A stretch of DNA of 64,000 nt from an uncultured delta proteobacterium (lineage in GTDB: Bacteria > Desulfobacterota > RBG-13-43-22). The stretch spans positions 1-64,000 of the forward strand of contig CAWDKY010000016.1 of the NCBI GenBank assembly GCA_963802945.1, in the 5' to 3' direction. The stretch's first letter is position 1. Each line of letters begins with the position of its first letter. Made by a program: the position numbers and the translations under genes. Shown here piece after piece: positions 32,527 to 42,046 of the stretch. A model generated the notes under the pieces. It was not told where the DNA came from and did no database searches. It saw only the letters and a program-made list of their open reading frames with translations.

Positions 32527-32656
32527 AGAGAAAGAGGCCCGGATGATATAACGAGCCAGGGTTTTCATTCTGCCGTGAATCGATAATTTTTCTGAACGGT
32601 AAGGTTTATTGATGATGTCAATCGGAGTCATTCTCATGATGAAAGGAGGTGAAATC

Positions 32657-33058
32657 ATGAAAAAGATAATTGTTTGTATCATATCGCTTCTATTTTTGCT
32701 CTCTGTCACAGGGCTTTCTTTTGCCACAGAGAAAGAGACGGTGCCGGCTCCTACCAAGGCAGAGAAGAAGACACCTTGTGTCCACGGTAAGCACCTTCGC
32801 GGCAAGGTAACCGCAGTCGATGCGACCGCCAACACCATCACCGTAAAAAGTAGGAAGGGTGAGGTAACTCTCTCGATCGATGACAAAACCAAGTTCTCCA
32901 AGGACAAGACCATTGCCGACGTGAAGGTGGGCGATTGGGTATTCGCAAAGTGCAAAGAGATGGACGGCAAACTGGTTGCATCAAAAGTCATGGCGAGAAC
33001 TCCTCATGCTCACAAGAAAGCTAAAATGAAGGACGAGAAGAAAGAGGAAAAGAAGTAA
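32657..33058 (+). CDS. Small exported OB-fold-like protein with Lys-rich tail
   Basis: AAAGGAGGTG RBS, signal peptide, GKVTAVD..ANTITV, DVKVGD.V. Confidence 0.8.
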   Translation: MKKIIVCIISLLFLLSVTGLSFATEKETVPAPTKAEKKTPCVHGKHLRGKVTAVDATANTITVKSRKGEVTLSIDDKTKFSKDKTIADVKVGDWVFAKCKEMDGKLVASKVMARTPHAHKKAKMKDEKKEEKK

Positions 33059-33073
33059 TTTCTTCCACCATCC

Positions 33074-33121
33074 AAAAGCAAAAGGTGAAATAGGGATATC
33101 CCGTTTCACCTTTTTGTTTTT
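33074..33121 (+). terminator. Rho-independent terminator
   Basis: AAAAGGTGAAAT...GTTTCACCTTTT followed by a T-tract. Confidence 0.75.
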
Positions 33122-33483
33122 CAGAAGTTGCAATCCGCAATATACTTCTACTATGTTTTGGTGGGGTCTCTGCTTGTCTGCCATTGGTTTAAATTTCCGC
33201 CGACTTGATGAAGATTACTGCTTGAACTCCTATCTTTTATTCAAAAAGGAGATTTGGGAATAAGGGGACATAATGCTGATTTATAGACATCGGGAAACCA
33301 TATTTATATTATGTCCTCCGAATCTACACGATTCAGCATTCGCCGGCGGCTTTTTCTTTCTCCATAAGCCGGAGCATGGTCACCGCGCTATACTGACCTA
33401 CGGATTTTGTTTCTCGCACTACCACAGAAATGCTTTGGTTCGGCAGGACCCGAGTAACTCCTTTTAACGAAACAGGCTGATGA

Positions 33484-34365
33484 TCAGCGCGCGTTCCGCG
33501 CGGGAGTTACTGGTACAACTGATTGGTACACCTGCATAATGACCTTCGCGATTAGTTTGTGACCTGACTGGCTGGGATGCACATCGCACGTCGGCGGGTT
33601 AGTTGCCGGGTTACTGGCGTTTAGCAAACCAGCGACACAAGCCTTCCCTTTCGCGAATGAATTCGAAACTGCAGTCTCGAATGCCGAAAACACATCGGCT
33701 ATCTCGGCACCGTAAAGGGATGCTGGTGCGCTAATCGCTTGGTTCAATCCCTGGGTCATTGCGGTCGCACCCTGGTCCGAGTAATCGAGCGAGTAGTAGT
33801 TCACGATGATGATGAGGCCATTGTAACCTATGGTGCGAAGATCGGCGAGGATGCTATGCATGTTAGCCGCTACCGTGGCAAATAGCTGCGGGGCACCCTG
33901 CGCGATGCACACCGGGTCGTAATTGCACTTTTTTTCTAATAGAAACAAGTCGTTCGCCCCGAGGCTGATCGTTACCAGTCGTGTGTTGCGATGATGCTTG
34001 AGGAATTTCTTGGCGAAAGCACGTTGCGTGTGGCTGTAATAAACGTGCAGGGGAACCAGGCTACGATAAAAACGGCATCCATTATCGGCGCCGGTCAACG
34101 ATAGAAAGCTGCTCGTCGTCTCACCCGGACAGCTCGCATCCACCACGTTCAAATTCAAGTAGAAGCCGAGGTAATCTGCATACGGCACGAAGTTTGTGGG
34201 ATGGAAATATTCGTACCCCGCCTGGTCTATGTACCCGAATGCCACGCTGTCACCAAGTGCGAGGTAATCCTCGTTAATGAAACTGATCTCCAGGGCCAAA
34301 GCGGATCCGAACGCGAATAGGGTGATCGTCATAAAGACACTGAAAATCAGGCGTAATTTCATCAC
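33484..34365 (-). CDS. Exported SGNH/GDSL hydrolase
   Basis: YLALGDS, GAND, DVHP motifs; signal peptide. Confidence 0.9.
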   Translation of the reverse strand: MMKLRLIFSVFMTITLFAFGSALALEISFINEDYLALGDSVAFGYIDQAGYEYFHPTNFVPYADYLGFYLNLNVVDASCPGETTSSFLSLTGADNGCRFYRSLVPLHVYYSHTQRAFAKKFLKHHRNTRLVTISLGANDLFLLEKKCNYDPVCIAQGAPQLFATVAANMHSILADLRTIGYNGLIIIVNYYSLDYSDQGATAMTQGLNQAISAPASLYGAEIADVFSAFETAVSNSFAKGKACVAGLLNASNPATNPPTCDVHPSQSGHKLIAKVIMQVYQSVVPVTPARNAR

Positions 34366-34667
34366 GGCCTCCTTTGCCTTAGGGTTTTGAATTGCTTTTG
34401 TTCCCAGGCTCTTCAGGCGCTTTTCCGAGCGCGGTGCTTTATTGCTTAAAGTATTTACCTACCCCGACAACACAGCCGAAAAGTCGGCGTTGACAATGGG
34501 CAGGTTTGCCGCGAAGGTGTTTGAAGCGAGCAGGATAAAAGCGAAGAAAGGTACAAACTCGCACATGATTTCTCCGCAAGTTACTACGATAGAATTCCCA
34601 TTTTGTCCCGGCACTTGGTCATGTTGTTCCTTGTCACCCCAGACGGCAAAAGCTTTTTGTTAATAAG

Positions 34668-34833
34668 ATTATAAAACAAGAAAAACAACACCGTCAAGGA
34701 GAAAAACAGAGCGGAAGGCAAGTGGACAAAGGGTGTCTTCTGAAGAAAAAGGGATTTTGCAGATCTGAACTTTACAAATAGAAGATGCTAAAAAGAAAAG
34801 GGAGCCTTCCAAAATTTGGACATACTGCTCCCT
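34668..34833 (-). repeat. ~165-bp repeated module carrying a sigma70 promoter (copy 1)
   Basis: Alignable to 63113-63279 in inverted orientation through the TTGACG -35; ends TTGACG-18-TATAAT. Confidence 0.75.
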
Positions 34834-35118
34834 TTACATCCAATTTCCTCTTATTTTAAACGGACGAATGATCCACGGGAACCCTAAAATCCTGGTCAAA
34901 GGCTTCCTCATAGAAAGGAAGTTAGGAATTCGATGTAATGTTAGGATAGGTATGAATAATTCTTTCTGGAAATGCAAGATTATTCCCTGTTCGCCATTAG
35001 GTACTGATGCCCATCTGAAATGATCAAGTTTTCATGGCTCGGCCGGATTGTTGCTTACAGAAAGAAGTTTCTGATGCCTCAGCCCCTTCCGAAACAGGAA
35101 ATGGGTTTGCAGTAATTA

Positions 35119-37641
35119 TCAAAAAGTAATCCTCTGATAAAAAATCTTTTTAGCCGCTTCGGCGGTAAAAATATACATCCCCACGATGACGGCCAGCAAA
35201 GGGAAGAAATAAAGGGGCAAGGTTTTGAACCCAAACATGGCTCCCAAAGGCGTGTAGGGAATAAGCAGCGTTACGATGGTCACCAAGACGGTGGCCAGGG
35301 TTAAAGCCTTGCCGGGTTTGCTCTGAAAAAAAGGCCGCCGCGTGCGTATGACCAGCACGATCAAGGCTGCTGAAATGACCGACTCGATAAACCAGCCGGT
35401 TCTAAATTGAGCCGGTTGAGCCTTGAGCAGAAACAAAAGGATCCCGAAGGTTAGGTAATCGAAGATGGAACTGATCAGGCCAAAAGTAATCATAAAATTT
35501 CGAATAAAACGGAGATTCCATCTCCTTGGTTTTTCCACAAGTTCTTGGTCCACCCGATCGGCGGCGATAGTCAGCTCCGGGAAATCGGTCAACAGGTTGG
35601 TCAACAGGATCTGCTTGGGCAGTAAAGGCAGAAAGGACAGAAAGAGGGAGGCTCCGGCCATGCTGAACATGTTGCCGAAATTGGCACTGGTGGCCATAAA
35701 GACATATTTCAAAGTATTGGCAAAGGTGGTCCGGCCTTCTGCTATGCCTTTGGCCAGGACCTTTAAATCCTTTTCCAAAAGAACGATATCAGCCGCTTCC
35801 TTGGCTACATCAACGGCCTGATCCACCGAAATGGCTACGTCAGCGGCATGGAGGGCCGAGACGTCGTTAATGCCGTCTCCCATGTACCCGACGACATGAC
35901 CTGCCTTTCTTAAGCCCAGTATAATACGTTCTTTCTGATTAGGTTCGACCTCGGCAAAGATATCCGCTTCCGTGACCAATTGAGGCAAGGCCCGGTTGCC
36001 GGTCTTTTGGAGGTCAGGGCCGGTGATTATTTTGAGATCGGAAAGACCCATTTTACGGCCGATGGTGGCTGCCACCAAATGGTTATCCCCGGTGATGATC
36101 TTCAAAGAAACTCCCAGACCCTTGAGGTGATTAATGGTTTCCACAATCCCTTCCTTGGGCGGGTCAAAGAGGACCAGGAAACCTAAAAAGATTAAATTGT
36201 TTTCCTGATCTTTGGTCAGAACGGCCTTGGGCTCCATTTCTCTATAAGCCACCCCGAGCACACGGAGCCCTTGGGCACTGAATTCCTTGAAATGAGTCTG
36301 TATCTGATCCTGGGCCTGGCTTAGATCCACCTGGGTTCCATCGGTCTTTTCCGCCCGGGAACAGGCCGAAAGGACATTGGAGAGGGCCCCTTTGGTGATC
36401 AACAAATGCCTTTTCCCTTGAGAGATCAGGATACTTAAACGTTTACGGATAAAATCATAAGGCACTTCATCCAGTTTTTGAAAGCCGGTCAGATCAAAGG
36501 GACGAAAGGTGCGGATGGCCTGATCGATCGGGTTGCTAAATCCGCTTTCGTAATTGGCATTCAGATAGGCATAAAGCAAAACTTTTTCGTTATCCCGGCC
36601 TTCCCAATCCAGAGCCGAATGGACTTTGACCAAACCCTCAGTCAACGTGCCGGTCTTATCGGAACAGAGGACATCCATGCTGCCGAAGTTTTCAATGGAA
36701 GTTAAACGCTTGACAATCACCTTTTCCCGGGCCATCTTTTTAGCCCCATGGGCCAGGTTGATGCTGATGATGGCCGGTAAAAGCTGGGGGGTTAAACCCA
36801 CCGCCAGGGCCAGGGAAAAGAGGAAGGAATCCAGAACCGGTCGGACCAAATAAACATTGATGCCAAAGATGGCTATGACCAGGATTAAGGTTATCTCCAT
36901 CAGAAGATAGCCGAATCGCCGGACGCCATGTTCAAACTCGGTTTCCGGGGGCCTGAGTCTCAGCCGTTCGGAAACCCGGCCGAATTCGGTTTCGATTCCG
37001 GTTTGGACCACCAGGGCCTGGGCACTGCCGCTGACTACATGGGTTCCCATGAAAAGGGTGTTGGTCCGTTGGGCCAAGGGTGTTTCCGCAGCCAGCACAG
37101 CGGCCATTTTTTCAACCGGATAGGTTTCCCCGGTCAAGGAGGCCTCATCTACAAACAGATCTTTGGAGTTCAGAACCAGCCCATCTCCGGGGATGACATC
37201 TCCGGCCTTCAACTGGATGATATCGCCGGGCACGACCTCTTCGATCGGGATTTCCTTGGTTGTCCCTTCCCGTAACACCGTAGTCTCGATCTGCACTATT
37301 TCCAGTAATTTTTTAACCGCCTGGGTTGCACCCCGTTCCTGCCAATAACCCAACAGCCCACTAATCAAAACGATGGTCAAGATGATCAGGGCATCGACCG
37401 GATCCTGAAGAAATAGAGACAAGCCGGCCGCAAAGATCAGGATGAGGATAATAGGACTTTTGAATTGGTTGAGGAGCAAGGTCAAGGCATCTGATTTTTT
37501 AGGGGGCTTGAGAAGATTAAGCCCATACTGCTTAAGCCGATTCTGCGCCTCGATACCGGTCAATCCCTGGGGGGAAGTCTCCATTTCCCTAAGGATTTGG
37601 TCAGGAGGTATACTCCAAAAGGCGGGTATTTTTTGATTCAT
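35119..37641 (-). CDS. mgtA: Magnesium-translocating P-type ATPase
   Basis: TGETYP, AVGLTPQLLP, CSDKTGTLT, MGDGIND, SANFGNMFS. Confidence 0.93.
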   Translation of the reverse strand: MNQKIPAFWSIPPDQILREMETSPQGLTGIEAQNRLKQYGLNLLKPPKKSDALTLLLNQFKSPIILILIFAAGLSLFLQDPVDALIILTIVLISGLLGYWQERGATQAVKKLLEIVQIETTVLREGTTKEIPIEEVVPGDIIQLKAGDVIPGDGLVLNSKDLFVDEASLTGETYPVEKMAAVLAAETPLAQRTNTLFMGTHVVSGSAQALVVQTGIETEFGRVSERLRLRPPETEFEHGVRRFGYLLMEITLILVIAIFGINVYLVRPVLDSFLFSLALAVGLTPQLLPAIISINLAHGAKKMAREKVIVKRLTSIENFGSMDVLCSDKTGTLTEGLVKVHSALDWEGRDNEKVLLYAYLNANYESGFSNPIDQAIRTFRPFDLTGFQKLDEVPYDFIRKRLSILISQGKRHLLITKGALSNVLSACSRAEKTDGTQVDLSQAQDQIQTHFKEFSAQGLRVLGVAYREMEPKAVLTKDQENNLIFLGFLVLFDPPKEGIVETINHLKGLGVSLKIITGDNHLVAATIGRKMGLSDLKIITGPDLQKTGNRALPQLVTEADIFAEVEPNQKERIILGLRKAGHVVGYMGDGINDVSALHAADVAISVDQAVDVAKEAADIVLLEKDLKVLAKGIAEGRTTFANTLKYVFMATSANFGNMFSMAGASLFLSFLPLLPKQILLTNLLTDFPELTIAADRVDQELVEKPRRWNLRFIRNFMITFGLISSIFDYLTFGILLFLLKAQPAQFRTGWFIESVISAALIVLVIRTRRPFFQSKPGKALTLATVLVTIVTLLIPYTPLGAMFGFKTLPLYFFPLLAVIVGMYIFTAEAAKKIFYQRITF

Positions 37642-37964
37642 GGCCGATTTCCTTCGTCCTCTTATCTATTGGTTATTCTGGGATGATATCCTTATTTTAC
37701 ATAAATTGGGCGCGCGATTCTCTTGGTTTATCATCCTTAAAATCTACCATACCATATTACTCGCTGATTTTTGTACCATCATCCCGAAACCGAAAAGTAC
37801 CATCAAAACAGGGAAGGCCAAAATAAATTGGTTAAGCTGATATTCAATAAGTCTTTTCTATTGACAACTATACCCATTTATGTTGAATCTTCAATAAGAT
37901 TTATTTTGATCATATCATTTACAGTCCATAGTCCATCTAATGTATTTTCGGTTTCGAGGGAAAG

Positions 37965-38525
37965 ATGACAACCCGCTTCGAGACAAACGACAGAACAGTC
38001 ATTATTCGTCCCTGTCAACCGTCTGATGCAGAGTCGGTGTATGAAGCAGTGCGTGAATCAATAGCAGAATTGTCGCCGTGGATGCCATGGTTTCACCTGG
38101 AGTACTCCATCGAGGATACCAAGACCTGGTTCGGATCCCGTCCTGATAGGTGGCAGAAGGGAACGGAATATGATTTCTTGATCGAGAATCGATCCGACGG
38201 CCGCCCGCTTGGCATTTGCGGTCTAAATAACCTTGATGGCGAGAATCGGCTTGCCAATCTTGGGTATTGGGTCAGAACAAGCAAAGCCCGACAAGGCGTG
38301 GCGACTGCCGTCGTGCCACTGGTGGCCCGGTTTGGTTTTGAGGTGTTGAAACTGAACAGGATCGAGATTATTACGGCCATGGACAATGTGCCGAGTCAAC
38401 GCCTGGCGATGAAGATTGGGGCCTCTCGGGAAGGCAGGCTGAGGCAACGCCTGGTTGTGCATAACCAAATCTACGATGCGATCCTATTTTCGCTTATTCC
38501 TAAGGACAGCCGACCCCAGTATTGA
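37965..38525 (+). CDS. GNAT N-acetyltransferase, RimJ/RimL type
   Basis: LSPWMPW, NLGYWV...RQGVAT, LNRIEI, N.PSQRLA, EGRLR. Confidence 0.9.
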   Translation: MTTRFETNDRTVIIRPCQPSDAESVYEAVRESIAELSPWMPWFHLEYSIEDTKTWFGSRPDRWQKGTEYDFLIENRSDGRPLGICGLNNLDGENRLANLGYWVRTSKARQGVATAVVPLVARFGFEVLKLNRIEIITAMDNVPSQRLAMKIGASREGRLRQRLVVHNQIYDAILFSLIPKDSRPQY

Positions 38526-38639
38526 GAACGACCGAGAGTTCCGCTGAGTCCCTTGTGGATAAGTCCCAAGAAAAGACCAGCCCGAAAACCACGGACGGAA
38601 GAAAATGGTACTTTAACGGGTCAATACTACAATGTACGG

Positions 38640-39476
38640 CTAAAACGTCATCGGTTTGACCCCGGAGACTTTGATACTGGCCACCGATTTGGCCAGCCCT
38701 TTTGCCTTTTCCAAGTATACATCCAGGTTTTCTGCAACGGCCTTGACTGTCGGGTCATTGGTCATCAAGTCTACGGGGAAAGTCTTCTCATCCATAATCC
38801 GTATTTCAGCAAATCCCGCTTCTTTAACGGCCTCAAGATATTCCTCTTTCATCACTGCCCCGGCCAGACAGCTCACATAGGCACTGACCGAATTCTTAAT
38901 CTCCTCCGGAAGTTCTTTCAGTATTACGATATCTGAAACCATGAGTCGGCCTCCGGGTTTCAGGACCCGAAAGGCTTCCTTAAAAACTCTTCGTTTATCC
39001 GGAGAGAGATTGATGACGCAATTGGAAATGATCATATCGCCCTGATTATCAGCCACCGGCAGGTTTTCAATTTCTCCAAGACGAAATTCCACATTCTCAT
39101 AATTTCCTTTTTGGGCGTTTTGCCGGGCCTTATCGATCATCTCCGGGGTCATATCCACCCCGATCACCCGGCCGTTTTTTCCCACCTGGTTGGCCGCCAG
39201 GAAGCAATCAAAGCCTGCCCCGGAACCCAGGTCGATGACCGTATCCCCTTCTTTTAAAGCCGAATGGGCCAGGGGATTCCCGCACCCAAGTCCCAAATTG
39301 GCGCCTTCAGGTACGGCTTTCATTTCTTCTTCTTTATAGCCGATTCTCTTGCTGAAGATCTCGGTTTGCAAGGTGGGGCCGCAACAACTGATTGATGGCC
39401 CACAACAAGATGAATCTTGCTTGGCCACCTGGGCATATCTATCTCTCACCTCTTTTTTAATTTCTTCCATTTTCAT
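38640..39476 (-). CDS. arsM: Arsenite S-adenosylmethionine methyltransferase
   Basis: SCCG repeats, LGLGCGNP, DLGSGAGFD, ISNCVINL, SCLAGA. Confidence 0.95.
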   Translation of the reverse strand: MKMEEIKKEVRDRYAQVAKQDSSCCGPSISCCGPTLQTEIFSKRIGYKEEEMKAVPEGANLGLGCGNPLAHSALKEGDTVIDLGSGAGFDCFLAANQVGKNGRVIGVDMTPEMIDKARQNAQKGNYENVEFRLGEIENLPVADNQGDMIISNCVINLSPDKRRVFKEAFRVLKPGGRLMVSDIVILKELPEEIKNSVSAYVSCLAGAVMKEEYLEAVKEAGFAEIRIMDEKTFPVDLMTNDPTVKAVAENLDVYLEKAKGLAKSVASIKVSGVKPMTF

Positions 39477-39554
39477 TATAATAACCTCCTATCCTGATTG
39501 TTGAATCGAAAAACTGTCCAGTTTTAAGATTCCGCCAAATGAAAGATTCTTCAT

Positions 39555-39698
39555 GAGAACTTTAAGAAAGGTCCAATTTTGTTCAAGGTCAAGGAAGACG
39601 AAAATTTTAACCACAGACATACATTTATAGTATTTCGAGGATTAAAATTTGAGTTTGACACAGAGATTGGGCAAAAGGGGACATTTTTCAAAGTTCTC
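39555..39698. mobile_element. MITE-like element
   Basis: TIR GAGAACTTTAAGAAA / TTTTTCAAAGTTCTC; abuts the TAG stop of the upstream gene. Confidence 0.75.
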
Positions 39699-39967
39699 TA
39701 GGCAGCATTTTGCATATTCATTATAGGCCCGAGAAAATCCTTAACCCCTAGAGCCAAATCTTCCGCTTTAATCAAGGAAAAGCAACAAATCTTCCCCTCT
39801 TTCTCCCAACTGACCAAGGCTAATTTATCCCCGGCCTTGATATCGGCCTTGTCCCGTAATTCCTTAGGCAGCACCATCTGGCCCCGATCATCAATACTGA
39901 TCAGCGATTCGACCCGGCAACAATTTATTGCTTTGCTTTTGCACGAGCTTACTGGCTTTTTAGGCAT
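39698..39967 (-). CDS. Cys-rich AbrB/MazE-like DNA-binding protein (HgcAB-associated HgcC-like)
   Basis: CCRVESLISIDDRGQMVLPKELR..A.IKAGDKLA..ICC. Confidence 0.8.
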   Translation of the reverse strand: MPKKPVSSCKSKAINCCRVESLISIDDRGQMVLPKELRDKADIKAGDKLALVSWEKEGKICCFSLIKAEDLALGVKDFLGPIMNMQNAA

Positions 39968-40042
39968 GATTCAGACCCTCCTTTGTTCTTTGATCTAAAA
40001 ATTCATACCAATAAGAATATTCTGAAAAATCAGATTAACCAT

Positions 40043-40071
40043 AATATAAGACAACCGAGGAACGCTGTCAA
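40043..40071 (-). promoter_or_regulatory. sigma70 promoter for the hgcC-like/arsM unit
   Basis: TTGACA-17-TATATT; palindrome TCTGAAAAATCAGA just downstream. Confidence 0.65.
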
Positions 40072-40244
40072 GTATTTTCTGAAAAGAATTTTGGGTATCC
40101 GGTAAATTTCAAGAGTTAGCCCTTGGCACACATTTTTTTATTTTGACATTTTTCCGTGTTAGGCATTTAATAGAGATGCATGGATGGAGGCCGAAAACCT
40201 CCTTTTTCGCTTCTATAAACGGCAGGAAAAATGCTGAGGGCATT

Positions 40245-40457
40245 ATGCCTAATGAATTTACGGCAATTATTGAAAAGGATGGAGATTGGTATATTGCCTA
40301 TTGCCCTGAATTTCCTGGGGCAAATGGGCAAGGCAAAACAATCGAGGAATGTAAGGCCAGTTTAGCGGCAGCGATCTCACTTATATTGGAAGATCGTCGT
40401 GAGGATGCCTTGCGTGGATTAACAGAAGATGCAATTCGTGAAGTTGTTGCAGTCTGA
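40245..40457 (+). CDS. hicB: HicB family antitoxin (short form)
   Basis: FTAIIEKDGDWYIAYCPE.PGANGQGKT.EE. Confidence 0.88.
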   Translation: MPNEFTAIIEKDGDWYIAYCPEFPGANGQGKTIEECKASLAAAISLILEDRREDALRGLTEDAIREVVAV

Positions 40458-40654
40458 TGAAGAGATAAACCCTCCTGCGGCATTTGCGTCGATATGGTTG
40501 CTTCCTCAAGAGGGAAGGCGGATCAAATTCGCCATGGATGAATCCATCTTCCGGTGCAGTGGAAACTATCCCTCGACACACCGAAATATCCAATAAGCTT
40601 TCCGGGAAAATTTGTAAAGGGTTGGGAATTCCTGATATCCATAAAGAAAATTAA
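40457..40654 (+). pseudogene. hicA: HicA family toxin, inactivated
   Basis: MKR*TLLRHLRRYGCFLKREGGSNS...IPRHTEI...ICKGLGIP; TAA at codon 4. Confidence 0.85.
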
Positions 40655-40782
40655 AAAATGATGCAAGCATGGTCTATCAAGAAAATCCACTGGAAGTCTG
40701 ATAGCCACCGCTGATTTCAACGTAGGGATAAAGAAAAAGTGCTATTTCAAGGCCTGACCCTACTCCCTGTTACCTGCCCCCC

Positions 40783-41460
40783 TTAATCCTCAGTAGACGG
40801 AGTGGACTTGATGGACCGCATAGACACAGATGAATGACGGGATTTGCGGTTCTCGGAGCGCAGGCGGTAAAGGCGTTCAGTAAAGCCGCCTTCGGTTTTA
40901 AAGGCTGTTGCCTGGGCAGCCAGTTGTCGATCGAGCAAACTGCAGGCGACTGTTAGCAGGACCAAGACGGCGTTGGCGGCAATTTCAGGGAAGATGGACT
41001 GTTTGGGCCTGATGGTCGATTGCTTTTGTCCACTCACTCCACGTTGTCCACCTCGTCCATGACCATACACTTCCCGTACCCACTGCGCCAGCTCATCGGC
41101 TGTGGCGCACCTGCGGTTGATCAGTTCTTGTCTGCGGGGATCGTCACGATCCCAGATCGACAGTCCGCGCTGACGCAAGAAATCTTCGTAGTCGAGCCGC
41201 AGTTCTTCGAGGCTGGCCCGTGCCACGTTGGTGAGTTTGAGTTCGGTTTTTTTCGAGGTTCCCGAGGCTTGACTCCCTTCGGCGATGTTCTGCACGCCCG
41301 ACCGTGCCGCCTGCACCATCTGATCGTGAGTGCGGCTGCGTTTTTCGATGTAGCGGTCGCAAAAACGTGCCGTTATATCATAAATCAGTTGTGCCAACTG
41401 AAAGCTCTTTAGATTTCGATAGCCGCCATGTTTCGGTATCAGGGGTTCGTTGGTGGCCAT
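40783..41460 (-). CDS. Four-helix-bundle protein with C-terminal suffix domain
   Basis: GGYRNLKSFQ, DQMVQAARSG.QNIAEGS, ARASLEEL..DYEDFLR, EGGFTERLY. Confidence 0.9.
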   Translation of the reverse strand: MATNEPLIPKHGGYRNLKSFQLAQLIYDITARFCDRYIEKRSRTHDQMVQAARSGVQNIAEGSQASGTSKKTELKLTNVARASLEELRLDYEDFLRQRGLSIWDRDDPRRQELINRRCATADELAQWVREVYGHGRGGQRGVSGQKQSTIRPKQSIFPEIAANAVLVLLTVACSLLDRQLAAQATAFKTEGGFTERLYRLRSENRKSRHSSVSMRSIKSTPSTED

Positions 41461-41516
41461 GTTATATAAAGTGTCCCGATGTGGAGGTCTGTCCAATGGC
41501 CCTTGGCATTCCGATT

Positions 41517-41816
41517 TTATTTTGTTGTTTCCTCAATAATTGTGATTTCATCTTCGGTCAATTCATATAGATCATAAACCAGTTGGTCGATTTGGTGGTC
41601 ATTAGAGTCGATTTGACGTTGGAGGACGATCTTTTCTTGGTCAGTTTTAGCCTCGGCATAACCTTGCTTGTTGTCCACGTCCCAGCCCAGGGCCTCAAAA
41701 AATGGATCCACAAACTCCCGGCGCAATTGGGTCTCGTTGTAGGGGTCGGAGTGGTAGGCTTCACGATTCTGTTCGAATCGCTCAATCAACTTGAGAATTT
41801 CATGGGGAATGGCCAC
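41517..41816 (-). pseudogene. Internally deleted type IIG restriction-modification gene (N- and C-termini fused in frame)
   Basis: YNETQLRREFVDPFFEALGWDV (N-term) joined directly to LQRQID..DHQIDQLVYDLYELTEDEI (C-term). Confidence 0.75.
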
Positions 41817-41890
41817 TTGTCCTCCGCTTTAAGTAATTACTTTACCATATAAGCGGCTAAGGTCAATTGAGACAAAAATAATTCTCTTTT

Positions 41891-42033
41891 GAGCCTCTTG
41901 CAAGAGTCCAGTTATGTCATTCCGGCCCCGCATCAAGTGCGGGATAGACTCCAGCCGGAATCCAGTCTTTTCAATGCATTCTGGACACCGGCTTTCTCCG
42001 GTGTGACGAAATTTGAGAGATTTGCAAGGACCT
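41891..42033. repeat. REP/REPIN-like element GTCATTCCGG...CCGGAATCCAG...CCGGTGTGAC with inserted hairpin
   Basis: Near-identical core at ~47944-48045 and related at ~57069-57179. Confidence 0.85.
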
Positions 42034-42046
42034 TTTTATTAGGGAA

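Noticed and set aside
34459-34566. Short signal-peptide-like ORF (MCEFVPFFAFILLASNTFAANLP...) upstream of the SGNH gene
   Set aside because: Only about 35 codons; likely a gene remnant and cannot be supported further
38554-38562. Perfect DnaA box (TTATCCACA on the minus strand)
   Set aside because: Single copy between convergent genes; no cluster or origin context
40783-41460. Diversity-generating retroelement (four-helix bundle as Avd)
   Set aside because: No reverse transcriptase and no TR/VR pair with adenine-specific mismatches in the window
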